A DNA stretch of 64,000 nt from a virus. The notes under the pieces are model-generated. The model was not told the origin of the DNA. It saw only the letters and a program-made list of their open reading frames with translations, and did no database searches. Of the stretch, positions 24,857 to 36,142 are shown piece after piece; positions within the stretch are counted from its first letter, which is position 1; the number at the start of each line of letters is the position of its first letter. Position numbers and translations under genes: made by a program. The stretch covers positions 8,050-72,049 of IMG/VR virus record IMGVR_UViG_3300032307_000516, one strand, 5' to 3'.

Positions 24857-27049
24857 ATGGCAGAACTAATAGAATTTACATCAATAGGCAATTATAGGAT
24901 AATCTCCTACAACGATTCATTTAAGAACGTACAAAGTTTTAATGGATGGATTATAGATGCGACAGGTGAAAATCCACCTAGCATTTTTCTTTATCTTGAA
25001 TTTAGATGGAGTATTAATGGAGATAACTGGTCTTTGTGGAGTGAATTAACAGAGCCAGCAGTTCAAACTCTTCCTATATCACCGTCGAATCCTTTATGGG
25101 TGGAAATAAGATTAACAGCTGCTTCGGACGAGAATTCTAGTCCTTATTTCCCTCCAGGAACTCCCCTAAGTCCGCCTATAATATTAAACGACTTTGAGCT
25201 GGATTTAACTTATGTTACGGTAGATCCTAGGGATCTAATGACCGCACCTCCTGCACCTATTTGTAGTAAAGAATTAACTAACTACCCCATAGTTTTTACA
25301 GACTGTGATTTTACATTTAAACCTTATGATATAAACAGGGCAATAAATCTTTACCAGGATTTAAGTAAGGTTGTAAATAACGTTTTTGGACACGAAGTAG
25401 TATATTATTCAGTACAACCACAAGGTAGAGGAAAAGATGTAGTATTAAAAGAGTATACATTGTTTGATGTTGTTGACGAGAAATGCGTTAAGGTAATGGT
25501 ACCAAATAACCAATTTCCAGATGCAGCTTTAACATTCGATTCGTGGGGATTAAATTTTAATCAACCTTTTGAAATTCATATAGATAGAAAATATTTTGAA
25601 GGGATATTTGGTAAAGGATCCCAACCTAGAAAAAGAGATATTATCTATTTTCCAAGAACAAATAGGATCTATAGAATAGATTCAATGTATGTATTTAGGG
25701 ACATAAATAACTATCCAGTATATTTTAAGATACAGCTAGTAAAATACGATGTACAAAAAAATACAACATTTACTGATGCTGCAGTTGGTACAGCATTGCA
25801 CGATTACACAGTAAATACGCAGGATTTATTCGGAGCTGAGGTACAGAATCAGGAGACTGATGTAACTAAGCCTCAACAATATGCAGTTACTTCACAGAGA
25901 AGACTAGAAGATCCTATAAGATCTTACATAAATAAAGATCTTCCCATTATAGAATACGATTTAAACAATAACTGGACTATCGTATTTAACAATTATTATG
26001 ATCTAGATAAAATCTTTATAGATGATCCGAACACAATAGATCCAGTATCTCCCGATTCTGGATGGACAGACGAAGAAAGGGATGCTGTTAGATGGAAAGC
26101 AGATCCAGTTCTTACCGCAACAGAGGAAAGATCTTTTATGTGTTGGTTTAGAACTAGAAATTATCTTGATAGAAGCAAATTAGTACCTAAGCCTGCACCT
26201 AAATTACCTATTACAATAGATAACATAGGAACCGGTGAAATAACTTACACAACCTATCCTATACCACATAATTTCCATATTAGACCTAATCCTAACGGAT
26301 ATGTTTCAATTCTAGGCGATTCAACAAGATCTGGAGGATTTGAAATACTAAATATTGTGGATTCTTTCAGATTTACTGTTAAGGATGGAGGTGCATCAGC
26401 ACCTGTTAATACTGCTGGATGGAAAGCTCAGAAAGCTCAGTCTAGAATATTGTTCGATGGGTATTATAACGGACAAGGATTATATCTAGATTTCATCTGG
26501 AGCGGATCAAATCCAGTAGAAAGCCCAACAACTAATAACTATCTACAAACAGGTAGTTTTAGGATAAGGATAAATAACCTAGAGATCTCTTCTCCTTTTG
26601 GAGCGGGAATCGCAAGCACATTAGGTCCTTTTATACCTAGCGTTGACGATTGGTTTGGATTCGTTTTTAATTTCTCTAACGTTTTTAGACAATATTCAAT
26701 TAAGGTGTGGAAGTTAACTTATGATCCAGAGAATCCAACAACTCAAACCTCGGATTTGAGTTTAGTACATTCTTTGGATGGAGTGACAACTCAGGCATAT
26801 ACATTTAATGTACCGCCTGTTATAGAAGAAAATTATGATAGTCCTTTTTATGGAACTAATAATTATGCTTTTAAAACTAGATCTTGTCCTTTATGGGCAA
26901 CGAACTATAGATTTTTTAAATACATGGTAGAAGAGGAAAAACAATCAACGATTTTAAACCAAAATATAATAGATGATGCTCAGTTGGGTATTATTATAGA
27001 TAACGCTAAACCGATACTGAAACTTCCAAAAGTTGCCAGAAACAGATAG
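24857..27049 (+). CDS. neck protein gp14-like with extra domains
   Basis: FGHEVVYY, PRKRDIIYFP motifs. Confidence 0.6.
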   Translation: MAELIEFTSIGNYRIISYNDSFKNVQSFNGWIIDATGENPPSIFLYLEFRWSINGDNWSLWSELTEPAVQTLPISPSNPLWVEIRLTAASDENSSPYFPPGTPLSPPIILNDFELDLTYVTVDPRDLMTAPPAPICSKELTNYPIVFTDCDFTFKPYDINRAINLYQDLSKVVNNVFGHEVVYYSVQPQGRGKDVVLKEYTLFDVVDEKCVKVMVPNNQFPDAALTFDSWGLNFNQPFEIHIDRKYFEGIFGKGSQPRKRDIIYFPRTNRIYRIDSMYVFRDINNYPVYFKIQLVKYDVQKNTTFTDAAVGTALHDYTVNTQDLFGAEVQNQETDVTKPQQYAVTSQRRLEDPIRSYINKDLPIIEYDLNNNWTIVFNNYYDLDKIFIDDPNTIDPVSPDSGWTDEERDAVRWKADPVLTATEERSFMCWFRTRNYLDRSKLVPKPAPKLPITIDNIGTGEITYTTYPIPHNFHIRPNPNGYVSILGDSTRSGGFEILNIVDSFRFTVKDGGASAPVNTAGWKAQKAQSRILFDGYYNGQGLYLDFIWSGSNPVESPTTNNYLQTGSFRIRINNLEISSPFGAGIASTLGPFIPSVDDWFGFVFNFSNVFRQYSIKVWKLTYDPENPTTQTSDLSLVHSLDGVTTQAYTFNVPPVIEENYDSPFYGTNNYAFKTRSCPLWATNYRFFKYMVEEEKQSTILNQNIIDDAQLGIIIDNAKPILKLPKVARNR

Positions 27050-27063
27050 AATAAGATTGGTAT

Positions 27064-27627
27064 ATGAGAAACCATATAAAGAAGTTTACACATTTTATTA
27101 GTGAGAGCATTGATCAATCCTCTTATCAATCAAATTACGAGGATTGGGAAAAAGGATTAATAATGGCCTGGGGTCATCTTCTTTACCTTGGATATCATGA
27201 TCTGCCTTATAATATTAATAATATAGTATCCGAGGATGAAACGAGGGGATACTTTGAGGAGTATTACTGGAATGCAGAGGATGATGAGGATCTTCGAGAC
27301 TGGATGAGTAATAATCCGCCTACAGTAGGTAAAGGAGAAGCAATATTCGACAAAAATAGACTGAATATGATGATGAACGATATTGCAATGAAGACAAGAA
27401 CTTTAGATCCTATCACGATATATCGATACGAAGATCAGGACTACGAGGAGGGGTGGAACTCATACACTACTGATCCAGAATTAGATTATTCTAACGGAGG
27501 AAAGATAACTAAAAAGTCTTATATAATTCCTGCTGGATATCCAGTGATTTTTGCAGGTGGCATAGGAGATCGTGACGAAGTTATTATAAATCTTTCCAGT
27601 AGAGAAAAGAAAAAATTAATCAGATAA
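27064..27627 (+). CDS. hypothetical protein, possible ADP-ribosyltransferase fold
   Basis: TIYR, WNSYT, DEVII (R-S-E pattern); N-terminal FTHFISES. Confidence 0.5.
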   Translation: MRNHIKKFTHFISESIDQSSYQSNYEDWEKGLIMAWGHLLYLGYHDLPYNINNIVSEDETRGYFEEYYWNAEDDEDLRDWMSNNPPTVGKGEAIFDKNRLNMMMNDIAMKTRTLDPITIYRYEDQDYEEGWNSYTTDPELDYSNGGKITKKSYIIPAGYPVIFAGGIGDRDEVIINLSSREKKKLIR

Positions 27628-27675
27628 AGATATTTTATAAAAATCATCTATTTCAGTCCTTAATATATAGAACAT

Positions 27676-28437
27676 ATGCCAAGAAGAAAACCGAAAAAAC
27701 AAAATCTTTCGAAAGAGCAGGAACTTAATCTCAAGGATAAACTTGATGGGATTATTTTGGCGGACGAAATGCTTTCAGGATTAAGTGCTCCTGATATTCC
27801 CCCAATGAAACCACAAAGATTCATAAATGTAGATTCAGTTAAAACAGAGGTAGAAGTGGAAGCTAGAGCAATATTAGATTCACTATCAAGGTTTTATAAT
27901 GATATGGAAAATCTTCCTGCTGATAGTTATATCAAACACAAGCAAAAGATAGACGCATTAAGCATCTCTACAATGGCTTTTCAAATAAGAACTGCTCAGC
28001 ACGCTATCTCAAAATTAGTTGAGGAGATAGATTCAGGAAGAATGGAGCCAAGATTATTCGAGGTTCTAGCTCAACTACAGAATCAGATCATGCAAATGCC
28101 TAAGAACTTTTCCAATTATATGTCACAAATGGAAAAGAACTACAAGCAGTTAAGAAGTGAATCTGAGGAAATAAACAAAGAAAACATAGAATTCGATTCA
28201 GATGGAAATCTAATGCAATCCAAGGATAATATGGACGCTCTTAAAGTTAGAGGAAACAAATCTCTAATGGAAAACCTACAGAATATGATGAAAAATGGCA
28301 GTATGGTTAAGGAAGCAGAAATAGTAATGCCTGATGACAATCTGATAAACCCTAAGACTAAGGACGGAGGAACCTCCGATCTTTTGGGCGGCGACGATGA
28401 CGAGTACTTTGAAATAGAGGACGAAATCTTCGAATAA
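27676..28437 (+). CDS. terminase small subunit (gp16-like)
   Basis: PRLFEVLAQL motif, directly upstream of large terminase. Confidence 0.6.
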   Translation: MPRRKPKKQNLSKEQELNLKDKLDGIILADEMLSGLSAPDIPPMKPQRFINVDSVKTEVEVEARAILDSLSRFYNDMENLPADSYIKHKQKIDALSISTMAFQIRTAQHAISKLVEEIDSGRMEPRLFEVLAQLQNQIMQMPKNFSNYMSQMEKNYKQLRSESEEINKENIEFDSDGNLMQSKDNMDALKVRGNKSLMENLQNMMKNGSMVKEAEIVMPDDNLINPKTKDGGTSDLLGGDDDEYFEIEDEIFE

Positions 28438-28447
28438 ATAGAAAAAT

Positions 28448-30250
28448 ATGGCTGAAGATAAATCTGGTAATAATTATTGGTCGACTGCAAAAGTTGAAGC
28501 TCTAATTTACAATGCGGAGGAGCACGGGGTAGACTATAAAGATATGGATAACCCATTTCATGAAAACGACCCAGAGCTTAGAAAAGGTAACGTTCTTTTT
28601 GAATACACCGAATGGGAATTAGAGGAAATGCAAAAATGTGCCGCTGATGTGGTTTACTTTGCTAATAAGTATTGTCACGTTATGACCGACGAGGGAATTA
28701 GACAAATACAGCTAAGGGATTATCAGATACAAATTCTAAATCAGTACCAGTTCCATAGGAAAAATGTTTTCGTTTCTCCTAGACAATCTGGTAAAACCAT
28801 TACTTCATCTATATTTCTTCTTTGGTATCTACTATTTAACTACGAAAAAAATGCCATGATTATGGCGAACATTGGTGATACCGCTGCGGAATTAATGGAT
28901 AAGATCAAGGTTATTATGAAGGGTCTTCCTTTCTTCTTAAAGCCCGGTCTAATCGTTTATAACGTGATGACCATGAAATACGATAACGGATGTAGAATAA
29001 TGGCTAAGACGACAACTAAAACATCGTCTATCGGTTATACAATCCACATGTTATACATGGATGAGTTCGCTCACATTAACCCGAACTTTATCAATCAGTT
29101 CTTCAAATCTGTTTATCCTACCATATCATCATCACAAATTGCAAGGGTTATTATTACATCGACCCCAAATGGAATGAATAAATTCTGGGAGTTGTATAAA
29201 GGTGCAATCGACGGGGAAAATGAATTTAACCCAATTAGGGTAGAATGGTGGCAAATTCCAGGAAGAGATGAAGAATGGAGAAAGAAAGAAATAGCAGCAT
29301 TAGGATCCGAGGAAGATTTTAATCAGGAATACGGATGCCAGTTCTTATCATCTTCAAGGTTACTTTTAGATTCTCCTACACTTAAAAGATTAAAAACCAA
29401 CGAGGAGAACTTTGTTTTTCACGAACTATCTCCTTTTGAGATGAGTCCTATAGATTACACTCCTCTTTTATGGCACCCAAAATTTGATCCGACGTCAATA
29501 TTTGAAAAAGATGCACAGAAATTCTATATTTCTATTGATACTGCAGGTGGAGGTGGAGGTGACTTTTCGGTAGTAAATATTTTTAAAGTTACACCTATGC
29601 CTACGAATAGTATAAAGAATAAAAAATTCTTTGAGGATGAAAGTGATTTCTTCTGTTTACTGCAAGTTGGTATCTACAGATCAAACACTGTACAGATTGA
29701 AGAGCTCAAAGCATTTGTAGAAATTTTAGTACTTCACGTTTTGGGAGAAGAAAATACAAGAATTGTATTGGAGATGGATTACAAAGGTGAGTTACTGATG
29801 GATAAATTACTTGACGGTGATGATTTTTATGATGAGATGTTCGTTTACACTAGACATTCAGAGGCTACGTCTAAATTAAGGCCCGGTGTAAAGCTAACAG
29901 TAAGAAACAAAGAAAAATTCTGTTATGATCTTAAAATAAATACTAGATCATATAAAATAATCCCCTCTGAGAAGAATACGATCCACGAATTAACAAATTT
30001 TGGTATAAATTCTAATGGAAGTTTCTCTAGTCAAATAGGAAAGGATGATATAGCAATGACATTAGTTAATCTTAACTGTGTATTTGATAATGGAGATTTC
30101 CAAGAGACTGTATCAGAATTATATGATATTATTCCCGAAAAATTTAGAAATCTAATAGAAGAAAGACTAAACGATTCAGTAGAAGCGACGCAAAATAGAA
30201 ATAATGAGATGTCAAACTATACTTTCTTGAATGGCCTCCTTGATTCCTAA
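28448..30250 (+). CDS. terL: terminase large subunit (gp17)
   Basis: LRDYQ, RQSGKT, YMDEFA, STPNG, FNQEY, KDD. Confidence 0.95.
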   Translation: MAEDKSGNNYWSTAKVEALIYNAEEHGVDYKDMDNPFHENDPELRKGNVLFEYTEWELEEMQKCAADVVYFANKYCHVMTDEGIRQIQLRDYQIQILNQYQFHRKNVFVSPRQSGKTITSSIFLLWYLLFNYEKNAMIMANIGDTAAELMDKIKVIMKGLPFFLKPGLIVYNVMTMKYDNGCRIMAKTTTKTSSIGYTIHMLYMDEFAHINPNFINQFFKSVYPTISSSQIARVIITSTPNGMNKFWELYKGAIDGENEFNPIRVEWWQIPGRDEEWRKKEIAALGSEEDFNQEYGCQFLSSSRLLLDSPTLKRLKTNEENFVFHELSPFEMSPIDYTPLLWHPKFDPTSIFEKDAQKFYISIDTAGGGGGDFSVVNIFKVTPMPTNSIKNKKFFEDESDFFCLLQVGIYRSNTVQIEELKAFVEILVLHVLGEENTRIVLEMDYKGELLMDKLLDGDDFYDEMFVYTRHSEATSKLRPGVKLTVRNKEKFCYDLKINTRSYKIIPSEKNTIHELTNFGINSNGSFSSQIGKDDIAMTLVNLNCVFDNGDFQETVSELYDIIPEKFRNLIEERLNDSVEATQNRNNEMSNYTFLNGLLDS

Positions 30251-30329
30251 GGAAAGAATGATATATACATAGAAAAAGAAGTCTAAAGAAGCGAACTTCT
30301 TCGATATATAAAAAAAATAAAAATTAGAG

Positions 30330-33300
30330 ATGGCCAAACAAGTTAAACTTGACTTATCACAATTCAAAGCATCTGGTGTTTACACTTTGGAGTTTGATGC
30401 TTCGGAAAATATTATAATCAACCCACAGACGATTCGTTTGGTAGTTGGTTATTCTAATATTGGACCTTTTAATACTCCAGTATACTGCCCGGACATCACA
30501 ACTTTTCAAGCAGTTTTTGGAGGAATTGATAAAACTCTAGAGAAAAAAGGATCTTTTTTCCATAGATCTGTACTAACATGTTTAGGCAGCGGACCGGTAT
30601 TTGCATTAAATCTTAGAATACTTAACAATACAGTAGATGTAAACGGAGATCCTGATTTTGCTGCTGGTGCTGATGTTGCTAGATATCGTGCTTTCTCTGT
30701 CGATACAGAAGAGCAAAATGGTAACAATGCAACAGGAGGATATTCAGACCCGTTAACAAAACAAGACAAATTAGTATCTTCTTACTATAATAAAGAGAAA
30801 TTCTGGTTCCCAGATACTGATTATTTCTTAGCAACCGAGGATACATCAGGTTCAAAACCAGATTCTAGAAAACTATTCAGCTTAGTTAACATAGGACAAA
30901 ATCCGGTAAGTATAATTGTTAGAAAATCTCTTGACTCGCCATTCCCTTTAAAAGGATTCGATATTACAGCTAGAGAATATTTTGGAGCTGATAACGTTCC
31001 TTCGTTCATGAATCAATATGATTACCTTTCAGATTGGTTTATTGATGTAATTGCAATTAGCGGTAACTGGACAGATTATCAAGCTTTAGCAAATGATCCA
31101 GTTTACAGTACATATTTTACATCTAAAGGATTCATCAAGGCACAAATTGACAATTTCTTAGCTCAAGACGGAATTAACATCGTTACAACTGTAACTGGTA
31201 CACTTATTCCTAACTTTGTAGACCAAAACGGTACACTTAGATACATCCAGACTTTGATTAATAACCAAGCCCAAACAACTGGTATCTTCTGTGCAGTTAA
31301 CGAAGAAGCTTTAGATGATATAGAAAATAACTCTTCAGTAATTGACTTAGTGGGTCACCACTTAGTTGATGAACTTGGCGTAGATTCGGACATTTCAAAT
31401 CCTAAAAATCTTAACTTCTTATCATACAGCCAAAATCTATTCGCAGATTTCACTTATTATAAAAACGTTGCAGGGTCTACTGGAGGTACAGAAATTACAG
31501 ATACCGGTATTTCACCTTCAACTGGATTTGATATCTTACCAGAAACCGGTACTTTAGTGGAGGATACATTATTTAACGTAAGTGGAGACGCGGGTATACC
31601 TACAACTTTATGGGCTACTTTCGATGCTGCTGATAGAGATGGTGGAGCTAACAATAATGCGTACATCTATCTGGAGACATTATTTACTAACCCGGTAGAT
31701 CACGACGATCAAATTACAACATTAGAAGGATTTGTTACAACTAATAATAATTCACCAGCTTCTAGATGGGTACTTGGTAAAGTTAAAAACCTACCAATAC
31801 CAGGATATTTAGGATTTTATAATGGGGATCTTGTTAAATTAAAAATTGTAGAAGCTAAAACAATAACTAATTCAACCTTACCTGTAGGTCAAAGAACACA
31901 AATAAGACTATTATTATCGCACCCACTTGTTGGTTCAGGTGCTTCTACAACATATGTTGAGCCTTGGTACGAAACAAACAAGAGTACAGCTGATGCTTAC
32001 CAAATCGGTAACCCAGATTACTTCGATAATGATGACGTTTTCTTCTCACCAGATATTCCAGTAGGAACTGATAGTTACTTAGCTTACGAGAACTCTGCAA
32101 TGTATAGAGATTGGGTAAAAGGTAACATTAGTGATGGCGATATAGACTGGAAAGATAATACAGGATCATTGCTTCAATATCTTAAATTTGAGAATAACGT
32201 TGATAGAGATGGATTCAATATCTTAGTATGTAGAGCATATGCGGATGATACATTCACAACACCTGAAGTTATTGCAACTTGGGACACAACTTATGTTAGC
32301 TCACTTCCTGTAGGTACAAACGAAACAACAGGCGAAAGTTTCAATATCGTTTCAACTAACGGTAACCTTAGCGATTATGTTGACATTATTACTCAGCTAG
32401 CACCTAACATTATTGAAATGTCTGTTGCTGAGGCTAATTCATCAGGTATTAAAGTAGGTGATCTATTAGTTTCTACAGACACTCAAACTTATGATAATCC
32501 TTTAACTGAAAATTTACAGTCAAGATTAACAAGAGTACTTGAAGTTAAAACAGTAGCTTCTGCTTCTTCACCTGGAGTTTATACAATCCAAGTTAAGACT
32601 GAAAGACCTATCCAACTTTACCCTGGTACAACTACTAGAGTATGGAAGTTTAAATCTATCCAAGAGTTTGTTACTTCATTCAACTTCACATATCTACCAG
32701 GAGCAGCTATTAAAGCAGCTTCAGTTCCAAACGGAACAGATACAAGAATGAATGCTATCTTGGATGTACTTTACAATACTAACTTAGCTAGAACTCTTGC
32801 AGATACTGACGTTATTACATTCAGATACGTAGTAGATACATTTGATGGAGGTATTCAGCCAAACTGTAAATACCAACTTACAAGACTTGCTAAGAACAGA
32901 CAAAAATGTATGGCAATCTGTAACGTACCTTCAATGCAGAAATTCTCAGAATCAGTAGATCCTAGATTTACTTCTGCACCTACTGCAACAGATCCAGCTC
33001 CAATTTTACAAGCTAGATACATTGCAGATGGAGGTAATTTAAGTTTAAATCCTTCATTTACATTCTCTCTTCCTGACGAGGATCAAGGAGCTAAATTCTC
33101 TGGATTCTTTGCTCCATTCTTAACAATTAGAGATAATGGTAAGAACTTAAACGTTCCACCAGCACCATACGTATCTAATAACTTCATCCGTAAGTTTATC
33201 ACAGGTGAACCTTATTCAATCGTAGCAGGTGTTAAAAGAGGTATTATTTCAGCTGGTAACTTAGTTGGTCTAGAGTATGACTTCGATCTTCAAGATAGAG

Positions 33301-33740
33301 AATATCTAGAGCCTTTCGGTATCAACCCAATCATTCGTAAAAGAGGAGTTGGTGTAGTTATCTACGGTAACCAAACAAGCTACCAAAGAACTAACTCAGC
33401 ATTTAATAACTTACACGTTAGAGATCTATTAATCACAGTAGAATCTGCAATTGAAGAAATCTTAGCAAACTACGTTTTCGATTTCAACGAGGATTCAGTA
33501 AGACTTGAGATTAAAACTTTAGTAGATAACTACTTAACTGGAGTAAGATCAGTAGGAGGTATTTATAACTACTTAACTATTATGGACTCTTCTAACAATA
33601 CTCCTGCAATCATCGATCAAAACATCGGTATCATAGACGTTATTATCGAACCTGCAAGAGGAATTCACAAGTTTATTAATAGAATGACAGTTACTAGAAC
33701 AGGTGGTATTGCTTCTGGAGGATTTATCCAATTTAGCTAA
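30330..33740 (+). CDS. tail sheath protein (gp18)
   Basis: SGVYTLEFD, GPFNTPV, GINPI, LHVRDLL. Confidence 0.92.
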   Translation: MAKQVKLDLSQFKASGVYTLEFDASENIIINPQTIRLVVGYSNIGPFNTPVYCPDITTFQAVFGGIDKTLEKKGSFFHRSVLTCLGSGPVFALNLRILNNTVDVNGDPDFAAGADVARYRAFSVDTEEQNGNNATGGYSDPLTKQDKLVSSYYNKEKFWFPDTDYFLATEDTSGSKPDSRKLFSLVNIGQNPVSIIVRKSLDSPFPLKGFDITAREYFGADNVPSFMNQYDYLSDWFIDVIAISGNWTDYQALANDPVYSTYFTSKGFIKAQIDNFLAQDGINIVTTVTGTLIPNFVDQNGTLRYIQTLINNQAQTTGIFCAVNEEALDDIENNSSVIDLVGHHLVDELGVDSDISNPKNLNFLSYSQNLFADFTYYKNVAGSTGGTEITDTGISPSTGFDILPETGTLVEDTLFNVSGDAGIPTTLWATFDAADRDGGANNNAYIYLETLFTNPVDHDDQITTLEGFVTTNNNSPASRWVLGKVKNLPIPGYLGFYNGDLVKLKIVEAKTITNSTLPVGQRTQIRLLLSHPLVGSGASTTYVEPWYETNKSTADAYQIGNPDYFDNDDVFFSPDIPVGTDSYLAYENSAMYRDWVKGNISDGDIDWKDNTGSLLQYLKFENNVDRDGFNILVCRAYADDTFTTPEVIATWDTTYVSSLPVGTNETTGESFNIVSTNGNLSDYVDIITQLAPNIIEMSVAEANSSGIKVGDLLVSTDTQTYDNPLTENLQSRLTRVLEVKTVASASSPGVYTIQVKTERPIQLYPGTTTRVWKFKSIQEFVTSFNFTYLPGAAIKAASVPNGTDTRMNAILDVLYNTNLARTLADTDVITFRYVVDTFDGGIQPNCKYQLTRLAKNRQKCMAICNVPSMQKFSESVDPRFTSAPTATDPAPILQARYIADGGNLSLNPSFTFSLPDEDQGAKFSGFFAPFLTIRDNGKNLNVPPAPYVSNNFIRKFITGEPYSIVAGVKRGIISAGNLVGLEYDFDLQDREYLEPFGINPIIRKRGVGVVIYGNQTSYQRTNSAFNNLHVRDLLITVESAIEEILANYVFDFNEDSVRLEIKTLVDNYLTGVRSVGGIYNYLTIMDSSNNTPAIIDQNIGIIDVIIEPARGIHKFINRMTVTRTGGIASGGFIQFS

Positions 33741-33785
33741 TAAATTTGATGATCAAAAAGAATGTTAAATATATAAAATAAAAAC

Positions 33786-34358
33786 ATGGCAGGATTACCA
33801 CATTATTCAAGTTCGAAGGCTTCTATTAACAAGTTCGAACCAGTTTTCCTCAACCAGTTTGAGGTTACTATAAGTCCACCTGCGGGTGTGGCTATTCCGC
33901 AAGGAAATCCTGGAAGTAATAATATACTTCTAGAGCAAGTAACTAGAGTTTCTGGATTACAGGTAGATCAAAACCCAGGGGAGATCACACAGCAATATAA
34001 ATTTGCTAAAAGATATTACGCTGGAGCAGCTCCACAAAGAACTGGTTTAGATTGTGATATAGAGTTTGAAGTCAACTTAAATGATGACAATTCAATGTAT
34101 GTTTTTAAAGTACTTCGTCAGTGGTCAGATTTAATTTACAATCCCCTAACAGGTGCAATGGGATTAAAAGCAGATTATGCTGGTAACATTTTAATAAATG
34201 TCTTTAATAAACAAGGAGATGTTTATAGAAAAATTAACCTTAGAGATTGCTTCCCTAGTACACCTATTACTGAAATGGCTTTAAATTACACTCAAACGTC
34301 TATTTACAAATTAAATGTTACTTGGGCAGTTGATTACTTTGATGACGTATTTATATAA
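33786..34358 (+). CDS. tail tube protein (gp19-like) 1
   Basis: NQFEV, CFP motifs; follows sheath. Confidence 0.8.
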   Translation: MAGLPHYSSSKASINKFEPVFLNQFEVTISPPAGVAIPQGNPGSNNILLEQVTRVSGLQVDQNPGEITQQYKFAKRYYAGAAPQRTGLDCDIEFEVNLNDDNSMYVFKVLRQWSDLIYNPLTGAMGLKADYAGNILINVFNKQGDVYRKINLRDCFPSTPITEMALNYTQTSIYKLNVTWAVDYFDDVFI

Positions 34359-34368
34359 TTAAAAAGAA

Positions 34369-34947
34369 ATGGCAGGATTACCACATTTTAGCTCCTCAAA
34401 GGCAGCGGTTCAATTATACGAACCAGTTTATCTTAACCAGTTCGAGGTTATTATTCAACCTCCAGTTGGTGTAGGAAATCCTCAAGGAAACGGGGGAAGA
34501 ACACTATTAGTAGAAAACGTTCTATCAGTAGCTGGTCTTGCAGTTGATAAAAACCCAGGATTAGCAGAACAAAGATACAAATTCTCTAGAAGAAGATATG
34601 CAGCAGCAGCTGTTGACGATACTGGTGTAAAAGTTAGAATCGATTTTGAGACCAACTTAGACGACAATAACAGTAACTATGTTTTCAAAACATTACGTGA
34701 ATGGTCAGATTTAATCTATAACCCATTAACTGGTGCTACTGGTATCAAATCAACATATGCAGGAGGAACTTATATTCTTATCTCCATCTTCAATAAACAA
34801 GGAGATGTATTCAGAAGAGTTAAGTTAGTTAACTGCTTCCCTGTAGATCAGATCAAGGCAATGGACTTAGATTATACAAACGGAACAACTCCTTATAAAA
34901 TATCTTTATCTTTTAGAGCAGACTATTTTGAAGATGTATTCAACTAA
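34369..34947 (+). CDS. tail tube protein (gp19-like) 2
   Basis: Clear paralog of preceding gene (MAGLPH, WSDLIYNPLTGA). Confidence 0.8.
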   Translation: MAGLPHFSSSKAAVQLYEPVYLNQFEVIIQPPVGVGNPQGNGGRTLLVENVLSVAGLAVDKNPGLAEQRYKFSRRRYAAAAVDDTGVKVRIDFETNLDDNNSNYVFKTLREWSDLIYNPLTGATGIKSTYAGGTYILISIFNKQGDVFRRVKLVNCFPVDQIKAMDLDYTNGTTPYKISLSFRADYFEDVFN

Positions 34948-35074
34948 TTTGTAGATATTTCTTACAATAAATATATAAATGGAGACCTTAGAGTCTCCAT
35001 TTTTATTTTAAAATGTTTTTGTTAATCTGGAAACTTAAACATAAAAATAGGTAAAAGAAATATAAGCAAATGAC

Positions 35075-36142
35075 ATGGTTGACCATTTAGACGACGAACT
35101 ATTAAACGAACTGAGCAAGAAAGAGCAAGGTTCAAGATTTGAGTACGATCAATTACAACAACAGGAATCTACTCCAGATCCAGATGTAGATGATGTAAAT
35201 ATTCCATCTTGGATCCCACAAGATTATCAAAAGCCTTCTGCTGAGGAGTTAATACAAAGATCTGAACAAAATAACTCTCCTAATCTTGGAAAATCTACTA
35301 GAGTTCCTATGGGAATGGAGAGTGAGTGGAAGAATCTTCCACCTGAAACTTTACCATCCAAAGGATTTGGATATCCCGAAGGATTTGAAATTGCTATTAA
35401 ACCAGCATCTGTTAAGGAAATTCGTCACTTTTCCACAGTAGATGATGACGACAGAATAGATTTGGATGACAAATTAAACACAATCCTATCTAAATGTATG
35501 AAGATAAGATGGGACGGTGGATTTTTAGAAAATTATGATCTTTGGTACGAGGATAGATTCTTTATCATAATGTCAATCAGGGATTTAACATTCATCAAAG
35601 GTGAAAATAGGATTCTTCTTCCAGTCACTAAAAACTGTACAAAACCTGATTGTAATATAGCAGATCAGATAGAATTAAAAGCTAATCTTCTAGATAGTTT
35701 TGTAATCGATCCAGAGTTACTAAAAAGATACAGTAAAGACACATATTCTTTTAGATTTGTTCCCAAAGACGGAAGTCCAGATATGGATCTTTACATCCCT
35801 ACAGTAGGTGTTACTACTTTATGTAGAAAAATACTTTCTGAAAAAAGGAGGAAAGGAAAGAAATTCGACGAGAGCTTCTCTAAAGTTGCAAGTTTTATTA
35901 TTCCGGATTGGAGAAATCTAGACGAAAGACTTTATGACCAATACGAAAGGGCATCCAACGAATGGACTCCCTTACAATTTTCAATTGCAGATCAGATTAG
36001 TGAAAAAATAAATTTTGCAACTAAATCGAGAATCTATAGTAAATGTTCTAGCTGTGATGGGGAGGTCACAGCAGAAATATCATTTCCCGGAGGGTACAGA
36101 TCCCTTTTCGTTATTTCAGATATCCTTAGCCAATTACTTTGA
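35075..36142 (+). CDS. baseplate hub / tail assembly protein (gp26-like)
   Basis: LPSKG, DRFFI..IR, two Cys pairs. Confidence 0.6.
   Translation: MVDHLDDELLNELSKKEQGSRFEYDQLQQQESTPDPDVDDVNIPSWIPQDYQKPSAEELIQRSEQNNSPNLGKSTRVPMGMESEWKNLPPETLPSKGFGYPEGFEIAIKPASVKEIRHFSTVDDDDRIDLDDKLNTILSKCMKIRWDGGFLENYDLWYEDRFFIIMSIRDLTFIKGENRILLPVTKNCTKPDCNIADQIELKANLLDSFVIDPELLKRYSKDTYSFRFVPKDGSPDMDLYIPTVGVTTLCRKILSEKRRKGKKFDESFSKVASFIIPDWRNLDERLYDQYERASNEWTPLQFSIADQISEKINFATKSRIYSKCSSCDGEVTAEISFPGGYRSLFVISDILSQLL

Noticed and set aside
17245-30250. Inteins or introns in UvsX, helicase, terminase
   Set aside because: Lengths are ordinary and no intein splice motifs or LAGLIDADG blocks were seen
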